44,546 nucleotides of DNA, from the IMG/VR virus record IMGVR_UViG_3300020138_000009, positions 1-44,546 of that record; one strand, written 5' to 3'. Of this stretch, positions 27,048 to 36,358 are shown piece by piece. This DNA is from a virus. Taxonomy: Duplodnaviria > Caudoviricetes. Under the pieces are notes generated by a model. It had not been told where the DNA came from. It did no database searches and saw only the letters and a list, made by a program, of their open reading frames with translations. The translations under genes and the position numbers were made by a program. Every line of letters starts with the position of its first letter. Position 1 is the first letter of the stretch.

Positions 27048-27083
27048 ACGCCGGGTCGGGTGAAGTCTCACCGACCCAACGAC

Positions 27084-27125
27084 AAGGCCCCGACCTGGTA
27101 GCGCGCACCACCAGGTCGGGGCCTT
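27084..27125 (-). terminator. Perfect 16-bp hairpin, terminator downstream of the reconstituted tRNA and int
   Basis: AAGGCCCCGACCTGGT...ACCAGGTCGGGGCCTT. Confidence 0.85.
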
Positions 27126-27136
27126 GGGGGGCCGTC

Positions 27137-27157
27137 TGCTGCACATCTGCTGCACGG
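27137..27157 (+). repeat. Integrase arm-type sites (left arm)
   Basis: TGCTGCACATCTGCTGCACGG; tandem TGCTGCAC; 20/21 identical to 27379-27399. Confidence 0.75.
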
Positions 27158-27203
27158 TCGGGAGCGGAGCGTAGCGCGCGCGAGCGTTTCCGCAGGTCAA
27201 GCG

Positions 27204-27248
27204 GGTGGGCCCCGTGGGGATCGAACCCACAACCCGCGGATTAAAAGT
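27204..27248 (-). other. attP: attP core: 3' half of tRNA-Lys(UUU)
   Basis: Minus strand ACTTTTAATCCGCGGGTTGTGGGTTCGATCCCCACGGGGCCCACC: anticodon loop, T-arm and acceptor 3' strand; no 5' half; next to int. Confidence 0.9.
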
Positions 27249-27378
27249 GCGTTCGGCGTCTTGCGACGCCTTCCGACACGATCCGACCTCACGCGACATA
27301 CATGCAGGTCAGAGCGGCGGTTCGGCCCGCCACAGCGTCACGCGGTGCGGTCTCATGCGATGTCATCCGACGTGAGTT

Positions 27379-27399
27379 TGCTGCACGTCTGCTGCACGG
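27379..27399 (+). repeat. Integrase arm-type sites (right arm)
   Basis: TGCTGCACGTCTGCTGCACGG. Confidence 0.75.
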
Positions 27400-27413
27400 C
27401 GGGGCCCGTCGAA

Positions 27414-28529
27414 CTACCGGACGATCCGCAGCCGGGGTATCTCCGGCGCCGGCCCCGGGTCGGCCGCACCGTGGTACCCGAGCGCGGCGAGCACGGCGCT
27501 CGATGGTGTCTCTGCGAGGTGCGCGTACCGCTGGGTCGTCAGCGCTGAGACGTGCCCGAGGAGGCGTCCGACCTCGGCGAGCGAGACCCCATCCTGCAGC
27601 AGCCACGAGGCGTAGGTGTGCCGCAGGTCGTGCACGCGCACGTGCCCGATCCCGGCGTCGCGGCACGCAGCGGACCAGGCGCGCCGGAACTGCGCGGCGT
27701 CCATCACGGACCCGCGCACGGACGTGATCGCGAGCCCGCTGCGGCATGCTCCCCCGACGTGGGTGAGCCCGCACGGCCCGCCGCCGTCCTCGAGCTCCAG
27801 CCAGACCGGCCGGGGTACCTGCCGCCGCCGCTTGCCTTTCGGGTAGGGCTTCATGACGCGCTCGCGCTCGTCCCACACGTCGACGACCTCGATCCAGTCA
27901 TCGCTCGTACGTGCGAGGTGTAGGCCAGCGGCCTCACCCCACCGCAGCCCGGTCCCGACCAGGAGCAGCGCCATGCGCCGCCACGGCTGCTCGAGGTGCT
28001 CGAGCACGACGTCGAGATCCTGGTGCGTGAGGTATCGCTCAACGGCCAGCGGCGGCGCTGGCAGCCGGAGCCGCGCCGCGGGGTTCGCGGGGAGGATCTC
28101 GGCGTCGACGGCCGCGCGCAGGGACGCCGACAGCAGGTGCACGCAGCGCTGCACGGACGCCGGTGACAGCCCGCTGGCGCGCAGGTCGGCCGCCCACGCC
28201 TTCACGTCGTGCCGCGTGATGTCGACGAGCGCGACGTCTCCCCACCGCGGCGCCAGGTGCTTCTCGAGCCGACCACGGTCGGTCTGCATCGTCGAGACCT
28301 CGACAGTGCGCGACCCCCACCACGACTCGCACCACGTCCCCCATGACGAGCGCCCGGCGTCAGGGTCACGCCACCCGGGCGCTCGCGACGAAGCCTCGGC
28401 GTCACCCGCACGCCTGACCGCCTCAGCCTTGCGGCTCCACGGACCACCCTCGACCGTGCGGATCTTCCCGGCAGGGTCACGGTATTGCCCCTGCCAACCG
28501 CCGGATGGGAGCTTACGGACCCAGGCCAT
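27414..28529 (-). CDS. int: Tyrosine integrase
   Basis: N-terminal arm-binding domain ([10 protein letters not shown]), [23 protein letters not shown]; adjacent to attP. Confidence 0.96.
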   Translation of the reverse strand: MAWVRKLPSGGWQGQYRDPAGKIRTVEGGPWSRKAEAVRRAGDAEASSRAPGWRDPDAGRSSWGTWCESWWGSRTVEVSTMQTDRGRLEKHLAPRWGDVALVDITRHDVKAWAADLRASGLSPASVQRCVHLLSASLRAAVDAEILPANPAARLRLPAPPLAVERYLTHQDLDVVLEHLEQPWRRMALLLVGTGLRWGEAAGLHLARTSDDWIEVVDVWDERERVMKPYPKGKRRRQVPRPVWLELEDGGGPCGLTHVGGACRSGLAITSVRGSVMDAAQFRRAWSAACRDAGIGHVRVHDLRHTYASWLLQDGVSLAEVGRLLGHVSALTTQRYAHLAETPSSAVLAALGYHGAADPGPAPEIPRLRIVR

Positions 28530-28539
28530 GACGCTTCTC

Positions 28540-28899
28540 CTAGCGCTGTGCGGGTGGCGGGTTGAGCGTCACCGCGAGGTACTCGACGTTCGCGCTCGCG
28601 GACTCGATGTTCTGGACGACACCGACGATCCCGAGCAGCAGTGCCAGCGCGCCGCCGACCACCAGCGCCACAGCCACCTGCAGCCCGGCGGCCCCGAGGA
28701 GCCACCCGACACCGACCAGGAGCAGCCCGCACGTGACGTACCACGACGCGTTGCGGGCGTAGTGCCCCCGCCACGCGATCGCGGGCACCGCCGCCGCGCT
28801 CGCGGGCGGCTTCGGCCGCTGCGGCGCCGCAGCGCGCTTCCGCAGCGGCGGCGGCGGCCCGTAGCTCAGCGGTGAGTGATCGTGACCTGGCGTGCTCAT
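28540..28899 (-). CDS. Two-TM membrane protein in the immunity operon
   Basis: Hydrophobic hairpin; GGAGGA RBS; between ImmA and int. Confidence 0.7.
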   Translation of the reverse strand: MSTPGHDHSPLSYGPPPPLRKRAAAPQRPKPPASAAAVPAIAWRGHYARNASWYVTCGLLLVGVGWLLGAAGLQVAVALVVGGALALLLGIVGVVQNIESASANVEYLAVTLNPPPAQR

Positions 28900-29282
28900 G
28901 CGGTCCTCCGTGTCCGGTCGACGACGCGCTGCCACGCCTCGACGATCTTCGTGGTAACGCCGAGCTCACGGGCGATCGCACCGACGTGCGGCCCGACGAC
29001 GGACTCCGCGACCGCGTACTCGCCCGCACGTATCAGCAGCCGCGCAGCGTGCTCGTCCGCCAGGCGCTCGTAGCGCTCGCGGATCGCACGGTCGTCGGTC
29101 CAGCCGTGCCCGTAGTGCGCGTGCCCGAGCTCGTGCGCGAGGGTCACCCGCTGCACGGACTCGGAGCGCCTCGGGTTGAGGAGGATCAGCCCGGTCGAGT
29201 GGTACTCGCCGTTGCGCCGGCCCAGGTCACGCCACGCGACCCGGACACCGCGCGCATGCGCCTCCTCGAGCATGTCGTCCAC
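28896..29282 (-). CDS. ImmA/IrrE-family metallopeptidase (anti-repressor)
   Basis: R.TLAHELGH (HExxH), E..AD..AA.LLI, IARELGVT. Confidence 0.9.
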   Translation of the reverse strand: MDDMLEEAHARGVRVAWRDLGRRNGEYHSTGLILLNPRRSESVQRVTLAHELGHAHYGHGWTDDRAIRERYERLADEHAARLLIRAGEYAVAESVVGPHVGAIARELGVTTKIVEAWQRVVDRTRRTA

Positions 29283-29292
29283 GCCGCTCCCC

Positions 29293-29673
29293 TCACGGCT
29301 CGATCTGCTGCGCCTCGATCTCGGCATCGGGGTCCTCATCACCATCGGGCTCCGACGCCGCAGGGTTGAGCGTGAGCAGCGCATCGATCTCGTCGTCTCC
29401 GCGGGTCGGGAGCGCGATGACCTCCCCGCCGCCCTGCGCGCGCGTGTTGCGCGCCAGGATCTGCTCCGCGGCTTCCACGAGCTCGTGGGGGTACACGCCG
29501 AGCGCGGTCGCCAGCTGGGCGACCTGGTTGATCTTGATGTCACGCTCCGCGCCCAGCACGCGCATGAGCGAGCTCAGGGGGATTCCGGCGCGCGCTGAGA
29601 GCTCGCGCACCGTCACGTCTGCGATCGCGCGCTCGGCCTGGATCGCCTTGGCCGTCGCCTCGTTCATGTCCAT
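29293..29673 (-). CDS. Immunity repressor (XRE HTH)
   Basis: T.RELSARAGIPLSSL.R...ERDI...Q...LA.ALGV; divergent from Cro. Confidence 0.88.
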   Translation of the reverse strand: MDMNEATAKAIQAERAIADVTVRELSARAGIPLSSLMRVLGAERDIKINQVAQLATALGVYPHELVEAAEQILARNTRAQGGGEVIALPTRGDDEIDALLTLNPAASEPDGDEDPDAEIEAQQIEP

Positions 29674-29776
29674 ACGGACAACATAGCATCCAAAATCGGG
29701 TACAGCGTTACCGCAATGGGTGACATCTGAGCCTTGCATGTTCCCCGCATGGGCACTAGCGTTACCCATATGGACA
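29667..29776. promoter_or_regulatory. Lysis/lysogeny switch: operators and leaderless Cro promoter
   Basis: Related 17-mers TGTTGTCCGTATGGACA (minus, 29667-83), TGTTCCCCGCATGGGCA (29739-55), CGTTACCCATATGGACA (29760-76); TTGCAT-17-TAGCGT. Confidence 0.7.
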
Positions 29777-30027
29777 GCACGGAGTACGCAGCGGCCGTCG
29801 CCGCGAACGTCAAGGCCGCGATCGACCAGGCGAACCGGTCGGTCCTCTCCGTCTCTCGCCAGGCCGGCATCCCGCAGACGACCCTCGACCGCCGCCTGAA
29901 GAGCAACGGCTTCTCGCCCTTCTCCGTGGCCGAGCTCAAGGCGATCGCCGACGTGCTCGGCCGCTCCGCGTCCGACCTCACCACGGTCTACGTCGCGACC
30001 ACCGCGTCCGAGCGGATCCCGGCGTGA
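29770..30027 (+). CDS. Cro-like HTH protein
   Basis: AGIPQTTLDRRL...F.V.EL..IA..LG; divergent from the repressor. Confidence 0.85.
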   Translation: MDSTEYAAAVAANVKAAIDQANRSVLSVSRQAGIPQTTLDRRLKSNGFSPFSVAELKAIADVLGRSASDLTTVYVATTASERIPA

Positions 30028-30251
30028 TCGGCGACCTGACCGCCGACCAGGCAGCCGAGGCGTCGGGCCGACACCCGGACACGATCCGCCGCGCGCTCGC
30101 GGACGGGTCGCTGCACGGCAAGCAGCGAACGCGCAAGGGCCGGTGGCTCGTCGAGCCGGGCTGCCTGTCCGCGTGGGAGTCCGGCAAGGCCTGCGCGCAC
30201 CGCGCGACGCGCTCGAACGTCATCCCGCTCTCGGGGCACCGCGCGTCCTGA
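30024..30251 (+). CDS. Excisionase-like HTH protein
   Basis: LT..QAA...GRHPDTIRRAL..G.L.G...W.V. Confidence 0.8.
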   Translation: MIGDLTADQAAEASGRHPDTIRRALADGSLHGKQRTRKGRWLVEPGCLSAWESGKACAHRATRSNVIPLSGHRAS

Positions 30252-30295
30252 TCTCACCCCACCCACCTGATCCCACCACCCACCCGGAGGTTCCC

Positions 30296-30793
30296 ATGAG
30301 CTCCGTCACCACCATCGCCCGGCCGGTGTTCACGACGCCGCCCGAGCTGTTCGAGGCCGCGGCGTTGCGGCGTTTCGAGTCCCTGGCCGCGCGCTACGGC
30401 GCGGACTCCCCGCAGGTCCAGTCGCTGCTGATGCGGTGGGCCGCGATCCAGGCTGCGCACCGTCCGGCGCCGGCGCCGGCGCTCGAGGTGGACCCGCTGC
30501 CGGTGCACGACCCGGAGTCGATGGAGGCGGTGCTCGCGGCGATCGAGCCGGACGAGCACGTGACGGTGACCGGCCTCGACGAGCTCGCGCCGCGGACGGT
30601 GTTCGCGGCCGCGGTCGACGCGGGTCACGACGAGCTGTGCGCGACGCGGCAGCACATGCACCTGGTCTCGGAGTGCACGTGCCCGCACCTCGAGGCCGTC
30701 CCGCAGCCGGAGCCGACCCAGCCGCTGCGCCTGGTGGCCGACCGCCCCGCGACGTCGATCCGTCGCTTCCCCGCCTACCGCCCTACCCGCTGA
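30296..30793 (+). CDS. Hypothetical protein
   Basis: GGAGG RBS before ATG 30296. Confidence 0.65.
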   Translation: MSSVTTIARPVFTTPPELFEAAALRRFESLAARYGADSPQVQSLLMRWAAIQAAHRPAPAPALEVDPLPVHDPESMEAVLAAIEPDEHVTVTGLDELAPRTVFAAAVDAGHDELCATRQHMHLVSECTCPHLEAVPQPEPTQPLRLVADRPATSIRRFPAYRPTR

Positions 30794-30806
30794 TCGGAGA
30801 CCCACG

Positions 30807-31355
30807 ATGACGACGAAGACGCAGTCCCTGTCCGAGGTGTTGCAGGCCGCCGCTGAGCGGGTCCTGGACGCCGACAGCCCCGACACGGTCCGCCTCGACG
30901 CGGCGCGGTTCGCGGAGCTGCTCGAGGAGGCCGCTGCGGTGGCCGCGCAGGTCGAGGCCGACGTGGAGCGTGCGCGCTGGCAGCACGGCGACCCGGCCGC
31001 GTACCCGGGGTGGGTCACGGACCTCGCCGCGGTGATGCGCGTCGACGACGAGCAGCCGGTGGCCGCGGCCGTGGCCGCGCCGGTGGTCCCGGTGCTGGTG
31101 CCGGACGTCCCGGAGCAGCGGGACCTGCTGGACGAGGCGATGCGCCGGTGCTCGGAGCACGGTGGTGTGGTCGCCCGTGCGCACTGCGTGCCGTGCGCGG
31201 TGCTCGCCGCGGCGCCGCGGCCGGTGGTCGCGCAGTCGTGGTGCCCGTGCGGGTGGACCGCGTGGGTCGAGCAGGGCGCGACGGACGCGGAGCGCGACGA
31301 GCACTCCCTGGCCGTGGAGGCGCACTACGAGCTGTGCTCGGAGGTGGCCCGGTGA
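30807..31355 (+). CDS. Hypothetical protein with Cys/His clusters
   Basis: GGAG RBS; CxxH/CxxC/CxCGW motifs. Confidence 0.65.
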   Translation: MTTKTQSLSEVLQAAAERVLDADSPDTVRLDAARFAELLEEAAAVAAQVEADVERARWQHGDPAAYPGWVTDLAAVMRVDDEQPVAAAVAAPVVPVLVPDVPEQRDLLDEAMRRCSEHGGVVARAHCVPCAVLAAAPRPVVAQSWCPCGWTAWVEQGATDAERDEHSLAVEAHYELCSEVAR

Positions 31356-32428
31356 GCCCGCGTCACGCGCGTGACCCGCGCCTTGTCGAGGGGCGCGCGT
31401 CCGCCCGGGCCCTGGGCCTGGCCCTCGTGCTCGTCGCGGCTCTCGGCCTGACGGCTGTGCTGGTCGGGGTCGGTGCGCTGGTCGCGTCGTCGGCGCGTGC
31501 CGCGTCGGATGACCCGACCCCGTACACCGTGACCCGCGACGGGCTGTCGTTCCCGTCGCCGCTGCAGGCGCACTCGCACATCAACGTCCGCACGGCGGAC
31601 GGGGTGACGCACGGCCTGCACATGGACCCGAACAACGGCCACCCGGGCGCGTCCTGGGTCGGTCAGAGCTTCGTCCCGTGGTCGGCGTTCGGGATCACCG
31701 ACGGGTGCGTCGTGTGGGTCCAGTGGTCGGGCGCGGCCGAGCACTTCGGGGAGGGCGGTCAGGAGCCCGTCTGCCTGAGCACCCCGCAACACACGCACAA
31801 GCCGCACCACACGAAGGAGCCGCACCCGTGCCCGACGACACCCGCCCCGACCCCGACAGCCACGCCGAGCCCGGAGCCGACGGTCACGCCGACGAGCTCG
31901 CCCGAGCCGGAGCCGGAGCCGTCGCCCGAGCCGACCGTGACCGCCACGCCGGAGCCGGAGCCGACGGTCACCGCCGAACCGACCGTCGAGCCGACCCCGG
32001 AGCCGTCGTCGACCCCGACCGTCGCCCCGCCCGCCCCGACTCCGTCCGCATCGTCCGCCCCGACTCCGTCCGCATCGTCCGCCTCGCCGAGTTCGACCCC
32101 GTCCCCTACCTCGGTCCCGTCGCCGGCCCCGTCCTCGAGCCCGGTCCCGAGCCCGACGTCGTCGTCCGCCGGGCCCTCGGTCTCGCCGCCGCCGGGCACG
32201 TCTGCGGCACCTGTCTCATCTGCCGTGTCGACGCCCGCTGCGCTGGGGACCCGGGTGCCGTCGCAGGTGCTCTCTACCTCGAGCCCTGACGAAGCGCACC
32301 AGCGGGCCGTGACGGGTGAGCTCGCGGCGACGGGTTGGGACGGCGGCGTGCTGTTCCTTGCGGGGGTCGTGACGCTGCTGGTCGGTGTGATCGCGTGGGG
32401 TGTCTCCCGTCGTGGTGGTGCCCGGTGA
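31352..32428 (+). CDS. Secreted, sortase-anchored (LAATG) cell-surface protein with Pro/Thr/Ser-rich stalk
   Basis: Signal peptide ending ARA-A, ~90 aa globular domain, PT/PS linker, LAATG at 32321-32335 + TM + RR..R tail. Confidence 0.85.
   Translation: MSPRHARDPRLVEGRASARALGLALVLVAALGLTAVLVGVGALVASSARAASDDPTPYTVTRDGLSFPSPLQAHSHINVRTADGVTHGLHMDPNNGHPGASWVGQSFVPWSAFGITDGCVVWVQWSGAAEHFGEGGQEPVCLSTPQHTHKPHHTKEPHPCPTTPAPTPTATPSPEPTVTPTSSPEPEPEPSPEPTVTATPEPEPTVTAEPTVEPTPEPSSTPTVAPPAPTPSASSAPTPSASSASPSSTPSPTSVPSPAPSSSPVPSPTSSSAGPSVSPPPGTSAAPVSSAVSTPAALGTRVPSQVLSTSSPDEAHQRAVTGELAATGWDGGVLFLAGVVTLLVGVIAWGVSRRGGAR
32031..32083 (+). repeat. 24-bp tandem duplication (APTPSASS x2)
   Basis: ccgccccgactccgtccgcatcgt repeated exactly. 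Confidence 0.85.
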
Positions 32429-32799
32429 CCGCGGCGCGTCTGTCCGCGACGGAGGCGGTGCTGTCGCTCGCGGCGGCACAGTCGGGGGCGGAGGTGCACG
32501 CGTCGCGTCTGGCGCTGATCGAGTCGGGGCCGGCGATGCTCCGTCCGCTGGACACGTCGGACCTGGTCGCGGGTGACGGGTCGGCGGGGCACACCCTGCT
32601 CGCGGGCCCGCCGCGTCACGTCGCGGAGCACATGTGGCCGGTCGCGCGCCGCGTGAACCGCCTGACGGGTCGTTTCGTGCAGCTGCGCGGCGACACCGCC
32701 ACCCCGACGGTGCAGCCGTCGTCCCCGCGGATCCCGGACGTGATGTTCTCGCTCGTCGACGACCCGGACCTGGACTACGTGGGTGGTGGTCCGCTGTGA
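32425..32799 (+). CDS. Hypothetical protein
   Basis: GTGA overlaps on both sides. Confidence 0.6.
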   Translation: MTAARLSATEAVLSLAAAQSGAEVHASRLALIESGPAMLRPLDTSDLVAGDGSAGHTLLAGPPRHVAEHMWPVARRVNRLTGRFVQLRGDTATPTVQPSSPRIPDVMFSLVDDPDLDYVGGGPL

Positions 32800-33872
32800 C
32801 CGCCCGTGTGTCGGAGCGTGTGGTCCCGCGGTGCGAGTGCGGGTGGTCGTCGCGGCCGATGACGCCGGGGCTGGCGGCGCACGCGCTGCGGCTGCACTCG
32901 TGCGAGAAGTACCGGCGCATGCGCGCGTCGTACGAGCGGGGGATCGCGCGGGAGCGTGCGGTGGACCGCACCCCGCAGCCGTGCCGGCACAAGCGTGCGG
33001 CGCACGAGCACGGGACGTACGCGTGCTACACCCTCGACCGGTGCCGGTGTGTGCCGTGCGCGGTCGCGAACGCGGACTACGAGCAGGGTCGGCTGCGCCA
33101 GCTGGCGTACGGCCGTCAGGACCTCGTCGACGCCGACCCGGTGCGTGAGCACGTGCGCGCGCTGATGGCGTCCGGGGTGGGCCTCAAGCGCATCGAGCAG
33201 CTGACCGGGATGCACGGCGGTGCGATCTGCACCCTGATGTACGGCAAGCTCCGTGAGGACGGGACGCGTCGCGACCCGGCTCGTCGGGTGCGGCGTGCAC
33301 GGGCTGAGCAGATCCTCGCGGTCCGCCTGGGTGACGTCGCGCCGGGCGCCCGGGTCGACCCGACGGGTACGGTCCGCCGCCTGGGTGGGCTCCTCGCGCT
33401 GGGCTGGTCGGTCCAGCGGGTCGCGGACGAGCACGGGCTGGACCGGCAGGCGCTCGACCGTGCGCTGCGTGGACATCGGGTCGTCGCGTCGACCGCGGCG
33501 AAGGTCCGTGCGGCGTACGAGGCGATCGGTGACCGTCCGGCGCCGGAGACGACGCAGCGCGAGCGGGGCTCCGCGTCCCGTGCGCGTCGCCGCGCGGCTG
33601 AGGGTGGGTGGCCGGTCCCGGCGATGTGGGACGACGACGCGCTCGACGACCCGACCGCCCCGGTCCCGACGAGCGTGCGTGTGCCGCGCGGTGGGGTCGA
33701 CCTCGACGAGTGGATGCACCTCGTCTCGTCTGGTGCGCACCCGACTGAGGCTGCTCGTCGCCTCGGGGTGAGCGTGAGCGGGGTCGAGCGCGCCGCGTTC
33801 CGGCACGGTCGCCACGACGTGCTCGCGGCCGTGCAGGGCGCCCGCTCGGCGGAGCGGAGGGCTGCCGCGTGA
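32796..33872 (+). CDS. Zn-finger/HTH DNA-binding protein
   Basis: HG...Y....CRC..C, VDA.PVREHV..L, T.RRL..L.ALGWS, WDDD.LDDP, C-terminal HTH. Confidence 0.75.
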   Translation: MTARVSERVVPRCECGWSSRPMTPGLAAHALRLHSCEKYRRMRASYERGIARERAVDRTPQPCRHKRAAHEHGTYACYTLDRCRCVPCAVANADYEQGRLRQLAYGRQDLVDADPVREHVRALMASGVGLKRIEQLTGMHGGAICTLMYGKLREDGTRRDPARRVRRARAEQILAVRLGDVAPGARVDPTGTVRRLGGLLALGWSVQRVADEHGLDRQALDRALRGHRVVASTAAKVRAAYEAIGDRPAPETTQRERGSASRARRRAAEGGWPVPAMWDDDALDDPTAPVPTSVRVPRGGVDLDEWMHLVSSGAHPTEAARRLGVSVSGVERAAFRHGRHDVLAAVQGARSAERRAAA

Positions 33873-34414
33873 GGCGCCTGACGGCATGCGAGCTGTGTGG
33901 TGCACCGGTCTCGCTGGTCCTGGTGATCCCGGAGCACCAGCGCAAGTCCCGCACCCGCTCGTACATCCCGCTCGACGTCGACTACGACGCCGCGCTGTCA
34001 CCGGTCGCGCCGTCGCACGCCCTGTCGACGGGTCGCACGACCTGCCGCCCGCTGACGGTCGACAACCCGATCGCGCCGCACGAGCACCCCGCGCTGACGC
34101 ACTTCGCGACGTGCCCGGCCCGTCACGCGAACCGGGTGGCGGGGCTCACGGTGCCGCGACCGCGACGCCTCGCCGCGGTCCTGCTGCAGCGGGAGCGGAC
34201 GCTCGCACGCGACCTCGCGCAGCGGGTCCTGCACCCCGACGGGTCGACGACGCCCGCCCGCCCGGCCGCCGCGCTCGCGGCCGCCGCGGCGCGCGCGCAC
34301 TCCGACGCCGCGTTCTGGCGGCTCGACGACCCGGACCTCGCGGCGGACTACCTGACCGCGGCCGAGCTGCTCGAGGACCGGTACGCGCGCGTCTGGCACC
34401 GCACCCCCGCCTGA
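33869..34414 (+). CDS. Hypothetical protein with Zn-binding motifs
   Basis: CxxCGAP...PLD...HFATCP. Confidence 0.65.
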   Translation: MRRLTACELCGAPVSLVLVIPEHQRKSRTRSYIPLDVDYDAALSPVAPSHALSTGRTTCRPLTVDNPIAPHEHPALTHFATCPARHANRVAGLTVPRPRRLAAVLLQRERTLARDLAQRVLHPDGSTTPARPAAALAAAAARAHSDAAFWRLDDPDLAADYLTAAELLEDRYARVWHRTPA

Positions 34415-34465
34415 CCACCCACCACCCGATACGACCACCCACCCGCCGACAGAGGGAGCCACCCG

Positions 34466-36046
34466 ATGCCCACCACGACCACCACACCGAAGCCGCGCCG
34501 CGGCCGCACGGCCGTCCCCGCCCCGGAGAAGCCGACCACCGCCGCCCCTGTCCTCGACGCGATCGCGTCGTCGGCCGACCTGCACCCCGACCAGGCCGGG
34601 TTCCGTTCGACGACCCTGCTGCCGGTCGAGCGCCTGCACCCGCACCCGCGCAACCCGCGCACGGACCTGGGTGACCTGACGGAGCTCGCGGACTCGATCC
34701 GTGCGCACGGTGTCCGTCAGAACCTGCTCGTCGTGCCGGACCCTGACGGCCCGTCCGCGTACCGCATCGTGATCGGGCACCGTCGCACCGCGGCCGCGAC
34801 GCTCGCGGGTGTCACGCACCTGCCGGCGGTGGTGGACCCGTCCCTGACGGAGGCTGACCAGCTCGAGCTGATGCTCCTGGAGAACCTGCAGCGCACGGAC
34901 CTGTCCCCGGTGGAGGAGGCCGACGGCTACCAGGGCCTTCTCGACCTCGGTGTCGACGTCGCGACGGTCGCGGCCCGCACGGGCCGCTCGGAGACGACGG
35001 TGCGCTCGCGGTTGCGTCTGGTGCCGTTGCCGGAGCAGGCGCGTGCGGCAGTGCACCGTCACGAGATCACCCTGGACGACGCGGCCGCGATCGCGGATCT
35101 CCCGGAGGTCGACCAGGCGCCGCTCGTGAAGAAGCTCGGCACGCCGAGCTTCCGGTTCGAGCTGCAGAAGGTCCGGGACCGGCAGAAGCGCGACGAGATG
35201 TTCGCGCCGGTGCTGGACCTGCTGCGCGCCGCGAACGCGACCGAGCTGCAGGCCGACCAGTGGCAGGCGCCTGAGGGGTCGGTGGCGTACGCCCGGTTCT
35301 CGCAGGCCGAAGTCACGCGGCTCCGCGACGCGGAGACGCTCGCCGAGCTCGAGGCGGCGCTCGGTCCGGGGTGGTCGTGGCGCTGGTACTACGAATTGCT
35401 CGGCGTGTACCGGCCGTTCACGCTCGAGGAGGCGCAGCAGGACGCGGCCGCGAAGGAGCGGATGGACGCCACGCGCGCGGAGCGCGAGGACCGCGCCCAG
35501 GTGGAGCGTGACGCGCGGGCAGCCCGTAAGCAGTTCGCGACGGTCACGGCGGCGATGCGCCGTGAGTTCCTCGAGCACCTGATCCACGACCGCAAGTCGC
35601 TCACGAAGGACCAGACCGCGACCGTCGTGGACTACGCGGCGACGGTCCTCGCGGAGGGCCCGTGGGAGGGCGCCTACTACGACGGTGTCTACCGTCAGCA
35701 CTCGGTGCCGTGGCGCGCGGACAACGCGGACGGGCTCGTCGAGTGGCTGCGCATCGACCTGCCCGACGACTACAAGGACGACTACCACCGACGCGCGCTC
35801 CTGCCCCTCGTCACGGCCGCCGCGGCCGCACTGCCGGCCCCGCAGCGTCTGCTCGCCGCGCTCGCGGCCGGCGTCGAGCCGATCACCGAGGACGTGTGGT
35901 GTGACGGCGGCAGGTCGATCACGACGACCCGGTGGTACGGGCTGCTCGAGCAGCTCGGCTACGAGGTGTCGGACGCGGAGCGCGCCGCACTGGTCGTCGT
36001 CCCCGACGAGGACGACGACGAGCTCGACGACGACGGGGACGTGTGA
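34466..36046 (+). CDS. ParB/Spo0J-like protein
   Basis: HPRNPR, L..SI..HGV.Q.L.V, GHRR, ENLQR.DLSPVEEA, HTH. Confidence 0.9.
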   Translation: MPTTTTTPKPRRGRTAVPAPEKPTTAAPVLDAIASSADLHPDQAGFRSTTLLPVERLHPHPRNPRTDLGDLTELADSIRAHGVRQNLLVVPDPDGPSAYRIVIGHRRTAAATLAGVTHLPAVVDPSLTEADQLELMLLENLQRTDLSPVEEADGYQGLLDLGVDVATVAARTGRSETTVRSRLRLVPLPEQARAAVHRHEITLDDAAAIADLPEVDQAPLVKKLGTPSFRFELQKVRDRQKRDEMFAPVLDLLRAANATELQADQWQAPEGSVAYARFSQAEVTRLRDAETLAELEAALGPGWSWRWYYELLGVYRPFTLEEAQQDAAAKERMDATRAEREDRAQVERDARAARKQFATVTAAMRREFLEHLIHDRKSLTKDQTATVVDYAATVLAEGPWEGAYYDGVYRQHSVPWRADNADGLVEWLRIDLPDDYKDDYHRRALLPLVTAAAAALPAPQRLLAALAAGVEPITEDVWCDGGRSITTTRWYGLLEQLGYEVSDAERAALVVVPDEDDDELDDDGDV

Positions 36047-36049
36047 GCG

Positions 36050-36358
36050 ATGACTGACGTCGAGATCCCGACGCTGTCGCGGCGCCCGCCGTGCGCGCTG
36101 GACCCGGAGCTCTTCTTCCCGCGGTCGTCTCGTGATGAGGCGCAGATCGCCACCGCGAAGCGCGTGTGCGGCGACTGCCCGGTGCGACGCGAGTGCCTGT
36201 CGTTCGCGCTGACGCACGCGGTGCACGGGATCTGGGGTGGCACGACGGAGGCCGAGCGCGAGGCGCTGCAGCGTGCGCACGGGTTGCCGCGCCGGGTCCG
36301 GTTCACCGGCAGCAGGGCGCACATCACGAGCACGACCGACCAGGAGGGTGAGGGCTGA
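36050..36358 (+). CDS. whiB: WhiB-family transcription factor
   Basis: C..DPELFFP, AKRVC..CPVRRECL, GIWGGTT..ER. Confidence 0.95.
   Translation: MTDVEIPTLSRRPPCALDPELFFPRSSRDEAQIATAKRVCGDCPVRRECLSFALTHAVHGIWGGTTEAEREALQRAHGLPRRVRFTGSRAHITSTTDQEGEG

Noticed and set aside
27204-27290. Full tRNA-Lys gene
   Set aside because: Only anticodon loop to 3' end is present; no D-arm or 5' acceptor strand, so it is called attP
27192-27311. GCAGGTCA on both sides of the attP core and inverted at 43-50
   Set aside because: An 8-mer GC-rich match can arise by chance; may be a host-factor site but unsupported
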